The notes under the pieces: generated by a model | Seen by the model: the letters and a program-made list of their open reading frames with translations, nothing else | What the model was told of the DNA's origin: nothing | The model's database searches: none | Source: Raphidiopsis brookii D9 | GTDB lineage: Bacteria; Cyanobacteriota; Cyanobacteriia; Cyanobacteriales; Nostocaceae | Direction of reading: 5' to 3' | Length of the DNA: 32,000 bases | NCBI GenBank assembly: GCA_000175855.1 | Contig: ACYB01000035.1 | Coordinates: forward strand, 390,001-422,000 | Shown: in pieces, positions 1 to 11,021 of the stretch | Position numbering within the stretch: the first letter of the stretch is position 1 | How the letters are laid out: each line of letters begins with the position of its first letter | Position numbers and translations under genes: made by a program

Positions 1-840
1 ATTGGCATCACAACGCAAGTCTAAACGCGCAGCATCTCGACAACCAAGGAGATAATAAACCTCTAAGGCAAGTTGTTCTGCTTGTATAGCTAACGGTTCA
101 GGATTCGTTATTAATTGATAAGCTATTCTGTCTAGATACTCCTGTTTATTTAAAGTTGTATAGGAGTCTGTTTCTGCTTTATCTGTAAAAATTACTTCCA
201 TGATTCCGACTACTTTTGCCTGACTACCATTGCCAATAATACCGACTGTTATTTCTCTCCCAGGGAGGAAAGTTTCTACTAGTATAGGCTGTTGAAATTG
301 ATTGTATAATGTTTGACAAATGTTAAACAATTCTGCTTTATCTTTGACTAAAGATTGACCAGTTATACCTTTAGAACTCCCCTCAGATAAGGGTTTACAA
401 AAAAGTGGCAGAGGTAGGTTAATATTAGCAATTTCTACAATATTGTTAATAACAATAAAAGGGGCTGTTGGTAACCCGCGATCACGCACTATTCTTTTAG
501 TCAAGGCTTTATCTAAAGTTAAGGCACAAGTGAGAGGGTCAGAAAATGTATAAGCCTGATCAAATAACTCACAAACTGCCGGAACTTGAGCTTCACGCGA
601 TCGCCCTTTTATACCTTCAGCGATATTAAACACTAAATCCCAGCGATCGCCATTTACTAACTTGCGCGTCAATTCCCCACCATTACCAATACGTTCTACT
701 TGATGTCCCAAATCATTAAGGGTATTTTCTAGGCCGATGATGGTTTCTTCATCATCAAATTCCATGACTTCTGTAGTACTAAAACCTGCCTTAATATATT
801 CGGTTTTCAAGTCATAACATAGTCCAATTAATAATCCCAT
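1..840 (-). CDS. ATP-grasp protein, D-alanine-D-alanine ligase-like (partial, runs off left edge)
   Basis: Not in the ORF track. My translation of the minus strand from ATG at 840: MGLLIGLCYDLKTEYIKAGFSTTEVMEFDDEETIIGLENTL...NIAEGIKGRSREAQVPAVCELFDQAYTFSDPLTCALTLDK...LGCRDAARLDLRCDAN. Ddl-type EGxxGxxREAxVPAxxE and SDPLTxALxLDK motifs are present. Confidence 0.85.
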   Translation of the reverse strand, partial: MGLLIGLCYDLKTEYIKAGFSTTEVMEFDDEETIIGLENTLNDLGHQVERIGNGGELTRKLVNGDRWDLVFNIAEGIKGRSREAQVPAVCELFDQAYTFSDPLTCALTLDKALTKRIVRDRGLPTAPFIVINNIVEIANINLPLPLFCKPLSEGSSKGITGQSLVKDKAELFNICQTLYNQFQQPILVETFLPGREITVGIIGNGSQAKVVGIMEVIFTDKAETDSYTTLNKQEYLDRIAYQLITNPEPLAIQAEQLALEVYYLLGCRDAARLDLRCDAN

Positions 841-917
841 TGCTGTTAACTAACTCCATCATTGTCTTTTATCGTAATCTTAGATATTTCCTTGATTCTT
901 ACGGTTTTTGGTTAAGT

Positions 918-2045
918 CTAGTCAACTGGATCTAGATAAGTAAAACTCCTATCCTGCCAGTTTTTCACAATTGCTTTGCCATTTTCATAACCAATTAATG
1001 TTTCTGGTTGAATTGGTACCTTGCCACCTCCACCAGGGGCATCAATGACATAAGTAGGTATAGCATAACCTGTAGTATGACTACGCAATTTAGAGATTAA
1101 ATCTAAACCACTTTGAATGCTGGTGCGTAAATGAGAAGTACCGACTACTGGGTCACACTGATAAAGATAATAAGGCCGTACACGCAATTTTAGCAGACCG
1201 TGAAATAAATTTTTCAGAGCCTGTTCCGAGTCATTTACACCTTTAAGGAGTACAGTTTGACAACCTAAAGGAATGCCACCATCAGCCAGTAAATCACAGG
1301 CTTGGGCTACTTCCAATGTTAATTCTCGCAGATGACAAAAATGCACGGATAACCACACACGGTGTTTACGCAATACCTTGACTAATTCCGGTGTGATCCT
1401 CTGTGGCAAGAAACAGGGGACACGAGAACCAATTCTCACAAATTCAATATGGGAAATCCCTCGTAACCTTCCTAGTAAACTATCTAATACCTGATTAGAC
1501 ATCAATAAAGGATCACCTCCAGAAATTAAAACATCACGTACTTCTGTATGATCTTCTAGATAATTAATCATTGCATCTAAACGATGTTTAATGGGGGTCA
1601 TTTCCCCTTGACTAACTAAACGCGAACGAGTGCAATAACGACAGTAGGCAGCGCAACTATCTAAAGCTAATAGTAATACTCTGTCAGGGTAACGATGTAC
1701 TATTCCCGGAACGGGCGATTGATTATCCTCTCCACATGGATCTATCATATCCCCAGAACTAACTATCAATTCTTCTTTCCTAGGTATTACTTGTAATCGC
1801 AGTGGACAATTAGCATCTTCAGGATCAAGCAGGGATGCAAAGTAGGGTGTGACAGCTACAGCAAACTTATCCACTGCCATTATAAAACCCTGTTCTTCTT
1901 CCGGAGTCAGGCATAGTAACTTCTGAAACTGTTCTAACTTAGTTAAGCGATGGCGCATTTGCCATTGCCAATCTTTCCAGCTTTCAGGTTCATAGGTTTC
2001 TCCAACTATGCGACAAATTTTTTCACTATGAATGGCAGTGGTCAT
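918..2045 (-). CDS. kamA: KamA-family radical SAM aminomutase (lysine 2,3-aminomutase-like)
   Basis: CAAYCRYCTRSR radical-SAM CxxxCxxC motif, GGDPLL, PYYLYQCDPVVGTSHLRT and VIDAPGGGGKVP motifs typical of 2,3-aminomutases. Confidence 0.9.
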   Translation of the reverse strand: MTTAIHSEKICRIVGETYEPESWKDWQWQMRHRLTKLEQFQKLLCLTPEEEQGFIMAVDKFAVAVTPYFASLLDPEDANCPLRLQVIPRKEELIVSSGDMIDPCGEDNQSPVPGIVHRYPDRVLLLALDSCAAYCRYCTRSRLVSQGEMTPIKHRLDAMINYLEDHTEVRDVLISGGDPLLMSNQVLDSLLGRLRGISHIEFVRIGSRVPCFLPQRITPELVKVLRKHRVWLSVHFCHLRELTLEVAQACDLLADGGIPLGCQTVLLKGVNDSEQALKNLFHGLLKLRVRPYYLYQCDPVVGTSHLRTSIQSGLDLISKLRSHTTGYAIPTYVIDAPGGGGKVPIQPETLIGYENGKAIVKNWQDRSFTYLDPVD

Positions 2046-2331
2046 GCGTTTGATAACTGCGGTTTACGTAAGTGGATTTTGGCAATTTTTCTTACCTTTC
2101 TAGGGAAACCTAACAGGAATTTTCGTATTTGTCAAGGGGGTTGCACAAAAAAAACTTACCAATATTTTTCACAATTCTCTAATTGACCCCGATCCACCAA
2201 GTAATTTGCCTTTAAGGTTGGATTAAATAAATTAGGAATGCTAGGGAGATATGTTGTCATGAATAATAATTATTATACTTGTTTATAACCAAGATGTTAT
2301 ACTGATAATAGTAGTATGATAATAGTATAGA

Positions 2332-3996
2332 TTATAGAAATTTTAGTAAATCCCCGCGCCTAAAGGTTGCTGAAAGCTGCTGTAAAGAAACTGCGTTCCC
2401 ACCGTATAAACTATTCAAAGCATACTCAATATCCTGTATTGCTGTGGTAACTAATTCTTCTTCTTGCTCTTGAATTAAACGATGAACTCGGTCAAAATGG
2501 CGATGATTCAATTCATCTAACTTAATTTTCATTTTATTTAGTAATCCCTTTCCCATTTGCATTGCAATGAAGAAAGAAGCATAACGCACAAATTCAGGAT
2601 CGTTGGGATCTGGTTGTCGACAGCGATTTTCGGCAATTCGATATAACAAAACCGCAATCACTACCTGAGTACCATTCAAATCTGGAGCAAAAATATCATC
2701 ATATAGTTTGCCAAAATGCTCCCGAGCAAAAAATTTCGCCTGATGAGGTTTCTCTCGCCAAACCGCTAAAACTGCTCCTGCTGCTACTGTTGCAGTTATA
2801 TCGGTAGATTTAATCGTGGAATCAGAACGCTTACGACGATAAGAAAATCCCAACTGTTGAAGGTCAATTTCTAATTTTTGTTGCTGCTCATCATTAGCAC
2901 GTAAGTCCCTTAAATCTACTGGATTTTGGCTATTAGTAGCATAAGTAATTTTTTTTACTAAATCTTCATTTTCGCTAGGTAACTGATAAAGTCTTATCAA
3001 AACGTAGACATCAGGATTTCGACCAAAGAGACGGAGTTGGTCTGCTGTTAGAGTCCTAAAAATCGTCACACAAGTTTGACCACCATTAATAATTTGAAGA
3101 TTTTCTACCTTTACCTTATAATCTCTATCTTGAAGCGCGTTATAAGAGAACTTATCACAAATTAGGGTGACTCCATTATTATAAAAGTAGAAATTATTGT
3201 TATCTTCACTGTTAAGCGTATGAGCGATATCCGCATTAACCCGATTCCCTTGTAAGCCTAAATAACGGCGAATATTTCTGTCTAATAATCTTTCCCCATG
3301 TCTTTCCATCAAAGTTGCAATTTCGGTAACTGCTATTCTCCCCACTAATACTCTACTAAAATTCATGTCTTCTACCAAAGCTTTGCCATTCAGTTGCAGA
3401 TAGTCATCAACTGGTCTGGGTGCTTGTAGAATCTTAATTAACCGCTCAGGGTCAACATGTTCCCAGGTTACCTGTTTCCAATTTTTCCGATCAATAGCTT
3501 CTTGAGCAGATTGGTTCCATTTCAAGCCATTGTTACAAGCTAATGCCCGAATCTGAGGAATATAACCATCTCTAATCAAACCACGGACTTCTTCCACTTT
3601 TGCTAGTAACCGGGCATTAAGATACTCTATTTTAGCATTGGGATTGAATAAAACACTAATAGCATTAATTAAAGCTACTATTCCCGTTTCCGGAAAATTA
3701 GCATTACCCTCCAAACTATCTTTATATTTCCCTTGAAATAAGCTAACAGTGAATTCACCATCATGTTCCTCTGAAATATGGATGGCATCAACGCCAAAAT
3801 CTCCTCCTCCCTCTGTTAAACAATCAAAAGCTATTTCATGGTCTAAATCCAAAATCGTCTTGACACAAAGGTAAACAAAAGATAAAGATTTCAGCTTGAT
3901 CTGATCAGTAATACCCAATTCTTTCCTAGCTTGGTGGCAAATTGCATCAACCACCGAGACTAAACGCTGATCAATTATAGAAACCTCAATGTTCAT
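2332..3996 (-). CDS. AIPR-family protein (abortive infection phage resistance type) with possible N-terminal nuclease-like domain
   Basis: Core motif NLQIINGGQTCVTIFRTL (AIPR family signature) and NNNFYFYNNGVTLICDKF; N-terminal GGGDFGVDAIHI...FTVSLFQGKYK resembles PD-(D/E)XK D...QxK pattern. Confidence 0.8.
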   Translation of the reverse strand: MNIEVSIIDQRLVSVVDAICHQARKELGITDQIKLKSLSFVYLCVKTILDLDHEIAFDCLTEGGGDFGVDAIHISEEHDGEFTVSLFQGKYKDSLEGNANFPETGIVALINAISVLFNPNAKIEYLNARLLAKVEEVRGLIRDGYIPQIRALACNNGLKWNQSAQEAIDRKNWKQVTWEHVDPERLIKILQAPRPVDDYLQLNGKALVEDMNFSRVLVGRIAVTEIATLMERHGERLLDRNIRRYLGLQGNRVNADIAHTLNSEDNNNFYFYNNGVTLICDKFSYNALQDRDYKVKVENLQIINGGQTCVTIFRTLTADQLRLFGRNPDVYVLIRLYQLPSENEDLVKKITYATNSQNPVDLRDLRANDEQQQKLEIDLQQLGFSYRRKRSDSTIKSTDITATVAAGAVLAVWREKPHQAKFFAREHFGKLYDDIFAPDLNGTQVVIAVLLYRIAENRCRQPDPNDPEFVRYASFFIAMQMGKGLLNKMKIKLDELNHRHFDRVHRLIQEQEEELVTTAIQDIEYALNSLYGGNAVSLQQLSATFRRGDLLKFL

Positions 3997-4143
3997 AAGT
4001 ATTTATATGAATTATTGTGTTAATCAATACCTGATCTAAAAAAGGCCTATAGGCAAGTTTTTTAACCTGAGTTAATTTTTCTAGCATCTTTTTATTTTAA
4101 CGGTGTGATCATGATTTCCTGCTTTCATAAATCAGCAATTATA

Positions 4144-4617
4144 TTAGTGATCTATTGTATATACAGCCCACATAAAACTAGCGGTTAATAAGGTCGCTAA
4201 ACCAACTAAAATACCTCTTAACAATTTAACTTGAGATCGGAGTTGTCTGACTTCATATTTAACTTCATACATTTGGTCTTCAGTCATGGGTAGCAAAGAC
4301 TTGTTTGTATTTGTTATTACTTCTACCCTAGAACTCGGTGTTGGCTTGGGTGACACAGGTTTAAACTCTATTTGACCATATAGCCAATCAGTAATTAATT
4401 GAGGGCAATTCTTCCTGAACCATTGCCAAGCAACGAGACGGAATGCGGGTTTAGACCTTTTAGAGATCCATTTTAAAGTTTTATTGAGAGTGCCATAGCG
4501 AAACTTTTGGTTAATTAAATTAGTAGCACCCACATCGTAAAGACAATTCAAGATTAACTTGACAGTTGACTCCTCTCTTTCAAACATGCTAGACAATAAT
4601 ATTAATACATCCTGCAT
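4144..4617 (-). CDS. Hypothetical protein with C-terminal transmembrane segment
   Basis: 157 aa ORF, no overlap with others; C-terminal LLRGILVGLATLLTASFMWAVYTI hydrophobic segment preceded by a charged helix-like stretch. Confidence 0.6.
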   Translation of the reverse strand: MQDVLILLSSMFEREESTVKLILNCLYDVGATNLINQKFRYGTLNKTLKWISKRSKPAFRLVAWQWFRKNCPQLITDWLYGQIEFKPVSPKPTPSSRVEVITNTNKSLLPMTEDQMYEVKYEVRQLRSQVKLLRGILVGLATLLTASFMWAVYTIDH

Positions 4618-5558
4618 TTAGTTTTTTTTCTAATTGAGCTTCGGTAGATAACTTCCCGAACTGGTTGGATGTTGGCAATTCCTGAGACATAAGTTTGATA
4701 CACTCATCGTATTATGAACAAGTTCGATCTAGACGCATGTTAACCCATACTAGGGAGATTTATAAATTTTTAGAGTTTTTAACTTGGTTATACTGATAAT
4801 GCAACTTGTTGTGCAAATTATAATAATGTAAAAAACACCTCCTGTTCAACCCTGTGAACATTTAATAATTGTAGTTTGGGGGCTAAATGGGACAAAAACC
4901 CTTAACCGTGTAGGTGAGTAGCACTACCTAAAATCAAGGGACAAATAGTTAACCAGAGTTCATCAACCAAATCAAATTCTAATAGACAAGCGATTAGTTT
5001 ACCACCACCCAACACAAATCTGCGATCGCATGGTGATTTTCTTGGTTTACAAGATCCTAAAATTAGTCGAAGCCCAGAACAGTTCTACAATAAGAAGCTA
5101 TATATCAATAAGTTGTGTCACAACGCGCAACGCCTTAAAATAGTGTTATATTGATAGTCTACCGTTTAGTTTCCCGTCTAATGTCTAATAGGGATGTAGA
5201 TGGCATAATAAATCATGACTTTTGGATTCTTTTATCTTCCTGGTTTTGACGGGAAATACGACTTATAAATTACGGTTGACACCAATTCGGAAACGTATTA
5301 GTTCTCATACATTATTTACAGGTAATGACAAGTTCAATCCATGAGCAAACCATTAACCCCATTTAGGTTCGGGAAACCGCCCTTCACGGACTGACTACAC
5401 AAGTTCAGTATATATATCAGCGTAATTTACGGTTTCAACTAAAAACTGGTTAAATGATGCTCAACTAACTGCTGATTGTCATCGGTTGGTTCAAGAGGTT
5501 AAACATACAGTCCTTTATAATCTCATTCATTTGTAGTTATACGGAAGCAGCAGCTAAA

Positions 5559-7457
5559 ATGGCAAAAGTAGTAGGAATTGATTTAGGCACAACTAACTCT
5601 TGCGTAGCAGTGATGGAAGGTGGAAAACCTACTGTGATTGCTAATGCTGAGGGGTTTAGAACCACTCCATCTGTGGTAGCATTCGCCAAAAATGGTGATA
5701 ACCTAGTGGGTCAAATCGCTAAGCGTCAAGCGGTGATGAATCCTGAAAATACTTTTTATTCAGTAAAACGCTTTATTGGTCGCCGTTTTGACGAAGTCAC
5801 TAATGAAGCTACAGAAGTTTCCTATAAAGTTCTTAGTAGTAGCGGTAATGTGAAATTACAATCTCCCGGTGCTGGTAAACAGTTTGCACCAGAGGAAATT
5901 TCTGCTAAAGTCCTGCGTAAATTGGTAGAAGATGCCAGTAAGTATCTTGGTGAAACCGTTACTCAAGCAGTTATTACCGTCCCTGCTTATTTTAACGATT
6001 CCCAACGCCAAGCTACCAAGGATGCTGGTAAAATTGCGGGCATTGAAGTACTGCGGATTATCAATGAACCCACAGCGGCTTCTTTGGCTTATGGCTTTGA
6101 CAAGAAGAGTAATGAAACTATTCTAGTATTTGACCTTGGTGGTGGTACTTTTGATGTATCTGTGCTAGAAGTGGGGGATGGTGTGTTTGAAGTGTTGGCC
6201 ACCTCTGGTGATACCCACTTGGGTGGAGATGACTTTGACAAGAAAATAGTTGACTTCTTGGCGGAGCAGTTCAAGCAAGTAGAGGGCATTGACTTGCGCA
6301 AGGATAAACAAGCTCTACAAAGACTGACTGAAGCAGCTGAGAAGGCTAAAATTGAACTTTCCAGCGTTACTCAGGCGGAAATTAACCTTCCTTTTATTAC
6401 CGCTACTCAGGATGGTCCAAAGCATTTAGATACTACCTTAACTCGGGCTAAATTTGAAGAGCTTTGCTCTGATTTAATCGACCGCTGTCGCATACCGGTG
6501 GAAAATGCGCTGCGCGATGCCAAACTAAATAAGAGCAATATTGATGAGGTGGTGCTGGTAGGTGGTTCTACCCGTATTCCTGCAGTTCAAGAGGTTGTAA
6601 AGCGAGTTCTAGGTAAGGATCCTAATCAAAGCGTTAACCCAGATGAAGTGGTAGCTGTAGGTGCTGCGATTCAAGCTGGTGTGCTTGCTGGTGATGTAAC
6701 GGGCATATTATTATTAGACGTGACTCCCCTGTCTTTGGGTGTGGAAACCCTGGGCGGAGTAATGACTAAGATCATTCCTCGTAACACCACTATTCCTACC
6801 AAGAAGTCTGAGGTATTCTCTACTGCGGTAGATGGTCAAACCAATGTGGAAATTCATGTTCTCCAAGGTGAACGGGAATTTGCTAATGATAATAAGAGTT
6901 TAGGAACTTTCCGGTTGGATGGCATTCCTCCTGCACCCCGTGGTGTTCCACAAATTGAAGTCACTTTTGATATTGACGCTAATGGTATCCTTAATGTTAC
7001 TGCTAAAGATAAGGGAACTGGTAAGGAACAGTCTATTAGCATCACTGGAGCTTCTACCTTAGATAAGTCTGATGTGGAACGCATGGTCAGAGAAGCAGAG
7101 CAAAACGCCTCCACGGATAAGGATCGTCGTGAAAAGATTGAGCGCAAAAACCAGGCTGATTCTTTAGCTTATCAAGCAGAGAAGCAACTGCAAGACCTAG
7201 GTGATAAAGTACCACAAGCGGATAAAACCAAAATTGACGGTTTAGTCAAAGACCTGCGGGAAGCTGTAGCTAAGGAAGATGATGAGCAAATTAAGAAGTT
7301 AACGCCGGAATTGCAACAAGCATTGTTTGCGGTAGGTAGCAATGTCTATCAGCAAGCGGGCGGTGCTACTCCTGGTGCTGAAGCTTCCAACGGTGAAACT
7401 ACTGGATCTTCCGGTGGTGATGATGTCATTGATGCTGACTTTACTGAAACTCGGTAA
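5559..7457 (+). CDS. dnaK: Molecular chaperone DnaK (Hsp70)
   Basis: [64 protein letters not shown] motifs; full length 632 aa. Confidence 0.98.
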   Translation: MAKVVGIDLGTTNSCVAVMEGGKPTVIANAEGFRTTPSVVAFAKNGDNLVGQIAKRQAVMNPENTFYSVKRFIGRRFDEVTNEATEVSYKVLSSSGNVKLQSPGAGKQFAPEEISAKVLRKLVEDASKYLGETVTQAVITVPAYFNDSQRQATKDAGKIAGIEVLRIINEPTAASLAYGFDKKSNETILVFDLGGGTFDVSVLEVGDGVFEVLATSGDTHLGGDDFDKKIVDFLAEQFKQVEGIDLRKDKQALQRLTEAAEKAKIELSSVTQAEINLPFITATQDGPKHLDTTLTRAKFEELCSDLIDRCRIPVENALRDAKLNKSNIDEVVLVGGSTRIPAVQEVVKRVLGKDPNQSVNPDEVVAVGAAIQAGVLAGDVTGILLLDVTPLSLGVETLGGVMTKIIPRNTTIPTKKSEVFSTAVDGQTNVEIHVLQGEREFANDNKSLGTFRLDGIPPAPRGVPQIEVTFDIDANGILNVTAKDKGTGKEQSISITGASTLDKSDVERMVREAEQNASTDKDRREKIERKNQADSLAYQAEKQLQDLGDKVPQADKTKIDGLVKDLREAVAKEDDEQIKKLTPELQQALFAVGSNVYQQAGGATPGAEASNGETTGSSGGDDVIDADFTETR

Positions 7458-7489
7458 GGCTTGCCGGGTCAAATATAGTATAATAGGGT

Positions 7490-7514
7490 AGCCAGGGAAT
7501 TCAATTCCCTGGCT
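7490..7514 (+). terminator. Candidate hairpin terminator downstream of dnaK
   Basis: Perfect inverted repeat AGCCAGGGAATT-C-AATTCCCTGGCT 33 bp after the dnaK stop; no T-run follows. Confidence 0.5.
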
Positions 7515-7611
7515 CAAAGCTTGAAAGGAATTAATATTCCCAGTGTTTCTTGAATTTCCTACTATTTACAAAAGTTCATAATATTCTTAACCCTTTTTTG
7601 ATAAAATCCAC

Positions 7612-7617
7612 TATAAT
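7612..7617 (+). promoter_or_regulatory. Candidate -10 box (TATAAT) for the NAD salvage pair
   Basis: TATAAT 48 bp upstream of the nadM ATG, followed by short inverted repeats in the putative 5' UTR; no convincing -35. Confidence 0.4.
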
Positions 7618-7646
7618 AAGAGCAGTCCTCGGAGAGAGGATGTTAA

Positions 7647-8690
<1,044 letters not shown>

Positions 8691-8698
8691 GAATTTTA

Positions 8699-10105
8699 AT
8701 GAATTTTAATAATATGAATACAAATCTGATTTTCGATGTTGACTCCTATAAAGTGAGTCATTGGTTACAGTATCCCCCCAAAACTACAGCTCTTTATTCC
8801 TATATAGAAAGTCGTGGGGGTAAATATCCCGTTACCGTCTTTTTTGGGTTGCAATACCTGTTAAAACGCTATCTTTGCCAACAGGTTGAGTCCTGGATGG
8901 TAGATGAAGCAAAAGACCTTTTAACCGCCCATGGTTTACCCTTTAATGAAGCCGGTTGGCGATACATTGCGGAAGATTTGAATGGTCGTTTACCGGTGCG
9001 GATAAAAGCCGTGCCAGAAGGGTCTGTGATTCCCAATCACAATGTTTTAATGACCGTGGAATCCACTGATCCGAATGTTTTTTGGATTACTACTTGGTTA
9101 GAAACCCTATTGATGCGCGTCTGGTATCCCATTACGGTAGCCACCCAAAGTTGGCACTTGAAAAAGCGTATTTATGAGTTTCTCCAACGAACCAGCGATC
9201 ATCCTGATGCGGAAATCGGTTTTAAACTCCATGATTTTGGGGCGCGGGGGGTTTCAAGTCAGGAATCTGCAGGAATTGGGGGGTTAGCTCATTTAGTCAA
9301 TTTCTATGGTTCCGATACGGTTCAAGCGGTAGTTTACGGGCAAAAATATTATCATTGTCCGATGGCAGCCTATTCCATCCCGGCCGCAGAACACTCCACG
9401 ATCACAGCTTGGGGTAAGAAAGGGGAAATCCTTGCCTATCAAAATATGCTCAAGCAATTTGCTAAACCTGGCGCGGTTCTGGCGGTAGTATCTGATTCCT
9501 ATGATTTATGGAATGCCATTGATCACTTGTGGGGCGATCGCCTCCGTCAACAGGTCATTGATTCTGGTGCAACAGTGGTCATTCGGCCAGATTCAGGGGA
9601 ACCGGTCACCGTTGTGAGTCAGGCGTTGCAGAAATTAGCCGCGCATTTTGGTAGTATGGTTAATCAAAAAGGCTATCGGGTTCTGAATCATGTGCGTTTA
9701 ATCCAAGGAGATGGAGTCAATGCGGAGACCATTACAGCAATTTTAGAACAGGTTGAAAGCCTGGGATTTAGCGCCAGTAATATCGCTTTTGGCATGGGGG
9801 GAGCCTTATTACAAAAAGTTCATCGTGATACCCAAAAATTTGCCATGAAATGCAGTGAGATTACTGTTGCTGGTCAAGCAAGGGGCATTTATAAAGATCC
9901 CATCACCGACCCTGGCAAAACCAGTAAAAAAGGGCGATTAGCCCTAATTAAAAACGAAACAGGCTATCAAACAGTTTCCCAAGGGCCGAAAGTTGTAAAT
10001 TGCCTACAAACAGTCTATGAAAACGGTCAACTAGTCCGCGATCAATCCCTAGAGGATATTCGCCAACAGGCTAATTTATCCGCTTTATCAAAAAATCGGT
10101 TGTAA
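8699..10105 (+). CDS. nadV: Nicotinamide phosphoribosyltransferase
   Basis: FDVDSYKVSHWLQYPP, GARGVSSQESAGIGG, SIPAAEHSTITAWG and VIRPDSGEPV motifs of NAMPT/NadV; starts 8 nt after the nadM stop. Confidence 0.93.
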   Translation: MNFNNMNTNLIFDVDSYKVSHWLQYPPKTTALYSYIESRGGKYPVTVFFGLQYLLKRYLCQQVESWMVDEAKDLLTAHGLPFNEAGWRYIAEDLNGRLPVRIKAVPEGSVIPNHNVLMTVESTDPNVFWITTWLETLLMRVWYPITVATQSWHLKKRIYEFLQRTSDHPDAEIGFKLHDFGARGVSSQESAGIGGLAHLVNFYGSDTVQAVVYGQKYYHCPMAAYSIPAAEHSTITAWGKKGEILAYQNMLKQFAKPGAVLAVVSDSYDLWNAIDHLWGDRLRQQVIDSGATVVIRPDSGEPVTVVSQALQKLAAHFGSMVNQKGYRVLNHVRLIQGDGVNAETITAILEQVESLGFSASNIAFGMGGALLQKVHRDTQKFAMKCSEITVAGQARGIYKDPITDPGKTSKKGRLALIKNETGYQTVSQGPKVVNCLQTVYENGQLVRDQSLEDIRQQANLSALSKNRL

Positions 10106-10151
10106 AACCCGTCCTTTCTTTAGGGTTGGGAGTGTCAACAGCAAGGGATGA

Positions 10152-10928
10152 TTAGTAGGGGAAGATCACCCTACCACCGGGTCTCACATCAGCATGAAAA
10201 AACCCCTTGTTTTTCCCCATAAACACCGCATCTCCCAACCCGGAAAAATTGGAGGACTTTAGGATCTCCCAGAGTTTCTTGAAGTCTCCATTCATGGGAA
10301 TCATATCTATGGCACGAAAGTAAAGATGCTGACTATTACGCGCACCACCTACGGAACTATTAACTGCAGGTGGGCGATACCCGGATGTAATTCTGATGGG
10401 TGAACCAAATTTCTCCCTCACTGGTCCCCAGGTTCTTGCCACTCGGATGGCATTGGCTACATATTCCGCACTAGTAGGAACACGAGTACAGTCTTTGGTT
10501 GCTTCTCCCCAGGTTAAGGGTACACCCTCAACTATATACTGGTTAGCATAAACTATTTTACCATCGGGTAAGGTCATGCTAGCACCAGTAGGAGAACCTG
10601 CATTTGGATTAACTTTTAGGTCTAATTTAATCAGGTCTTCTCTGGCCGCTTCTGTTTCTTCCTTATCTTTTAATTCTAGTAGTTCTTGGGCAGTACCTAC
10701 GCCTAACCCTAAGGGGTATTGTAATTGATTTAATGTTTTAAACTCGGAGAATACTTGTTTAGTCACTGGTCCAACTAGACCATCTGCCTCTATTTTTAGT
10801 AGTGATTGGATTTCTTTCACTAAGTCTGGATGGGCATCCATAATAAATATGGCTGGAGCTTTCAGTATGACAAACTCACTTAGAGACCTAATCTCTTTCG
10901 GATTTATTGCAGGAGGGTTATCTGGCAT
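10152..10928 (-). CDS. Peptidoglycan-binding-like + M15A D,D-carboxypeptidase-like protein
   Basis: ITSGYRPPAVNSSVGGARNSQHLYFRAIDMIP ... GFFHADVRPG: M15A-type zinc ligand motifs; N-terminal IQSLLKIEADGLVGPVTKQVFSEF resembles a PG-binding repeat. Confidence 0.8.
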   Translation of the reverse strand: MPDNPPAINPKEIRSLSEFVILKAPAIFIMDAHPDLVKEIQSLLKIEADGLVGPVTKQVFSEFKTLNQLQYPLGLGVGTAQELLELKDKEETEAAREDLIKLDLKVNPNAGSPTGASMTLPDGKIVYANQYIVEGVPLTWGEATKDCTRVPTSAEYVANAIRVARTWGPVREKFGSPIRITSGYRPPAVNSSVGGARNSQHLYFRAIDMIPMNGDFKKLWEILKSSNFSGLGDAVFMGKNKGFFHADVRPGGRVIFPY

Positions 10929-11021
10929 AATTGCACCTTAATAACTATAAAAATCGGCAACCTGATAAAAATATATCCTAAAAATGTACACAATCGCCAA
11001 CTAAGTGTATCCGTAGTGTTT

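Noticed and set aside
1950-2186. 78 aa plus-strand ORF antisense to the kamA 5' end
   Set aside because: Overlaps a well-supported gene on the other strand, low-complexity composition, no recognisable domain.
5932-7517. Several short ORFs inside or antisense to dnaK (5932..6126, 6089..6301, 6854..7147, 7299..7517)
   Set aside because: Shadow ORFs of a highly conserved coding gene.
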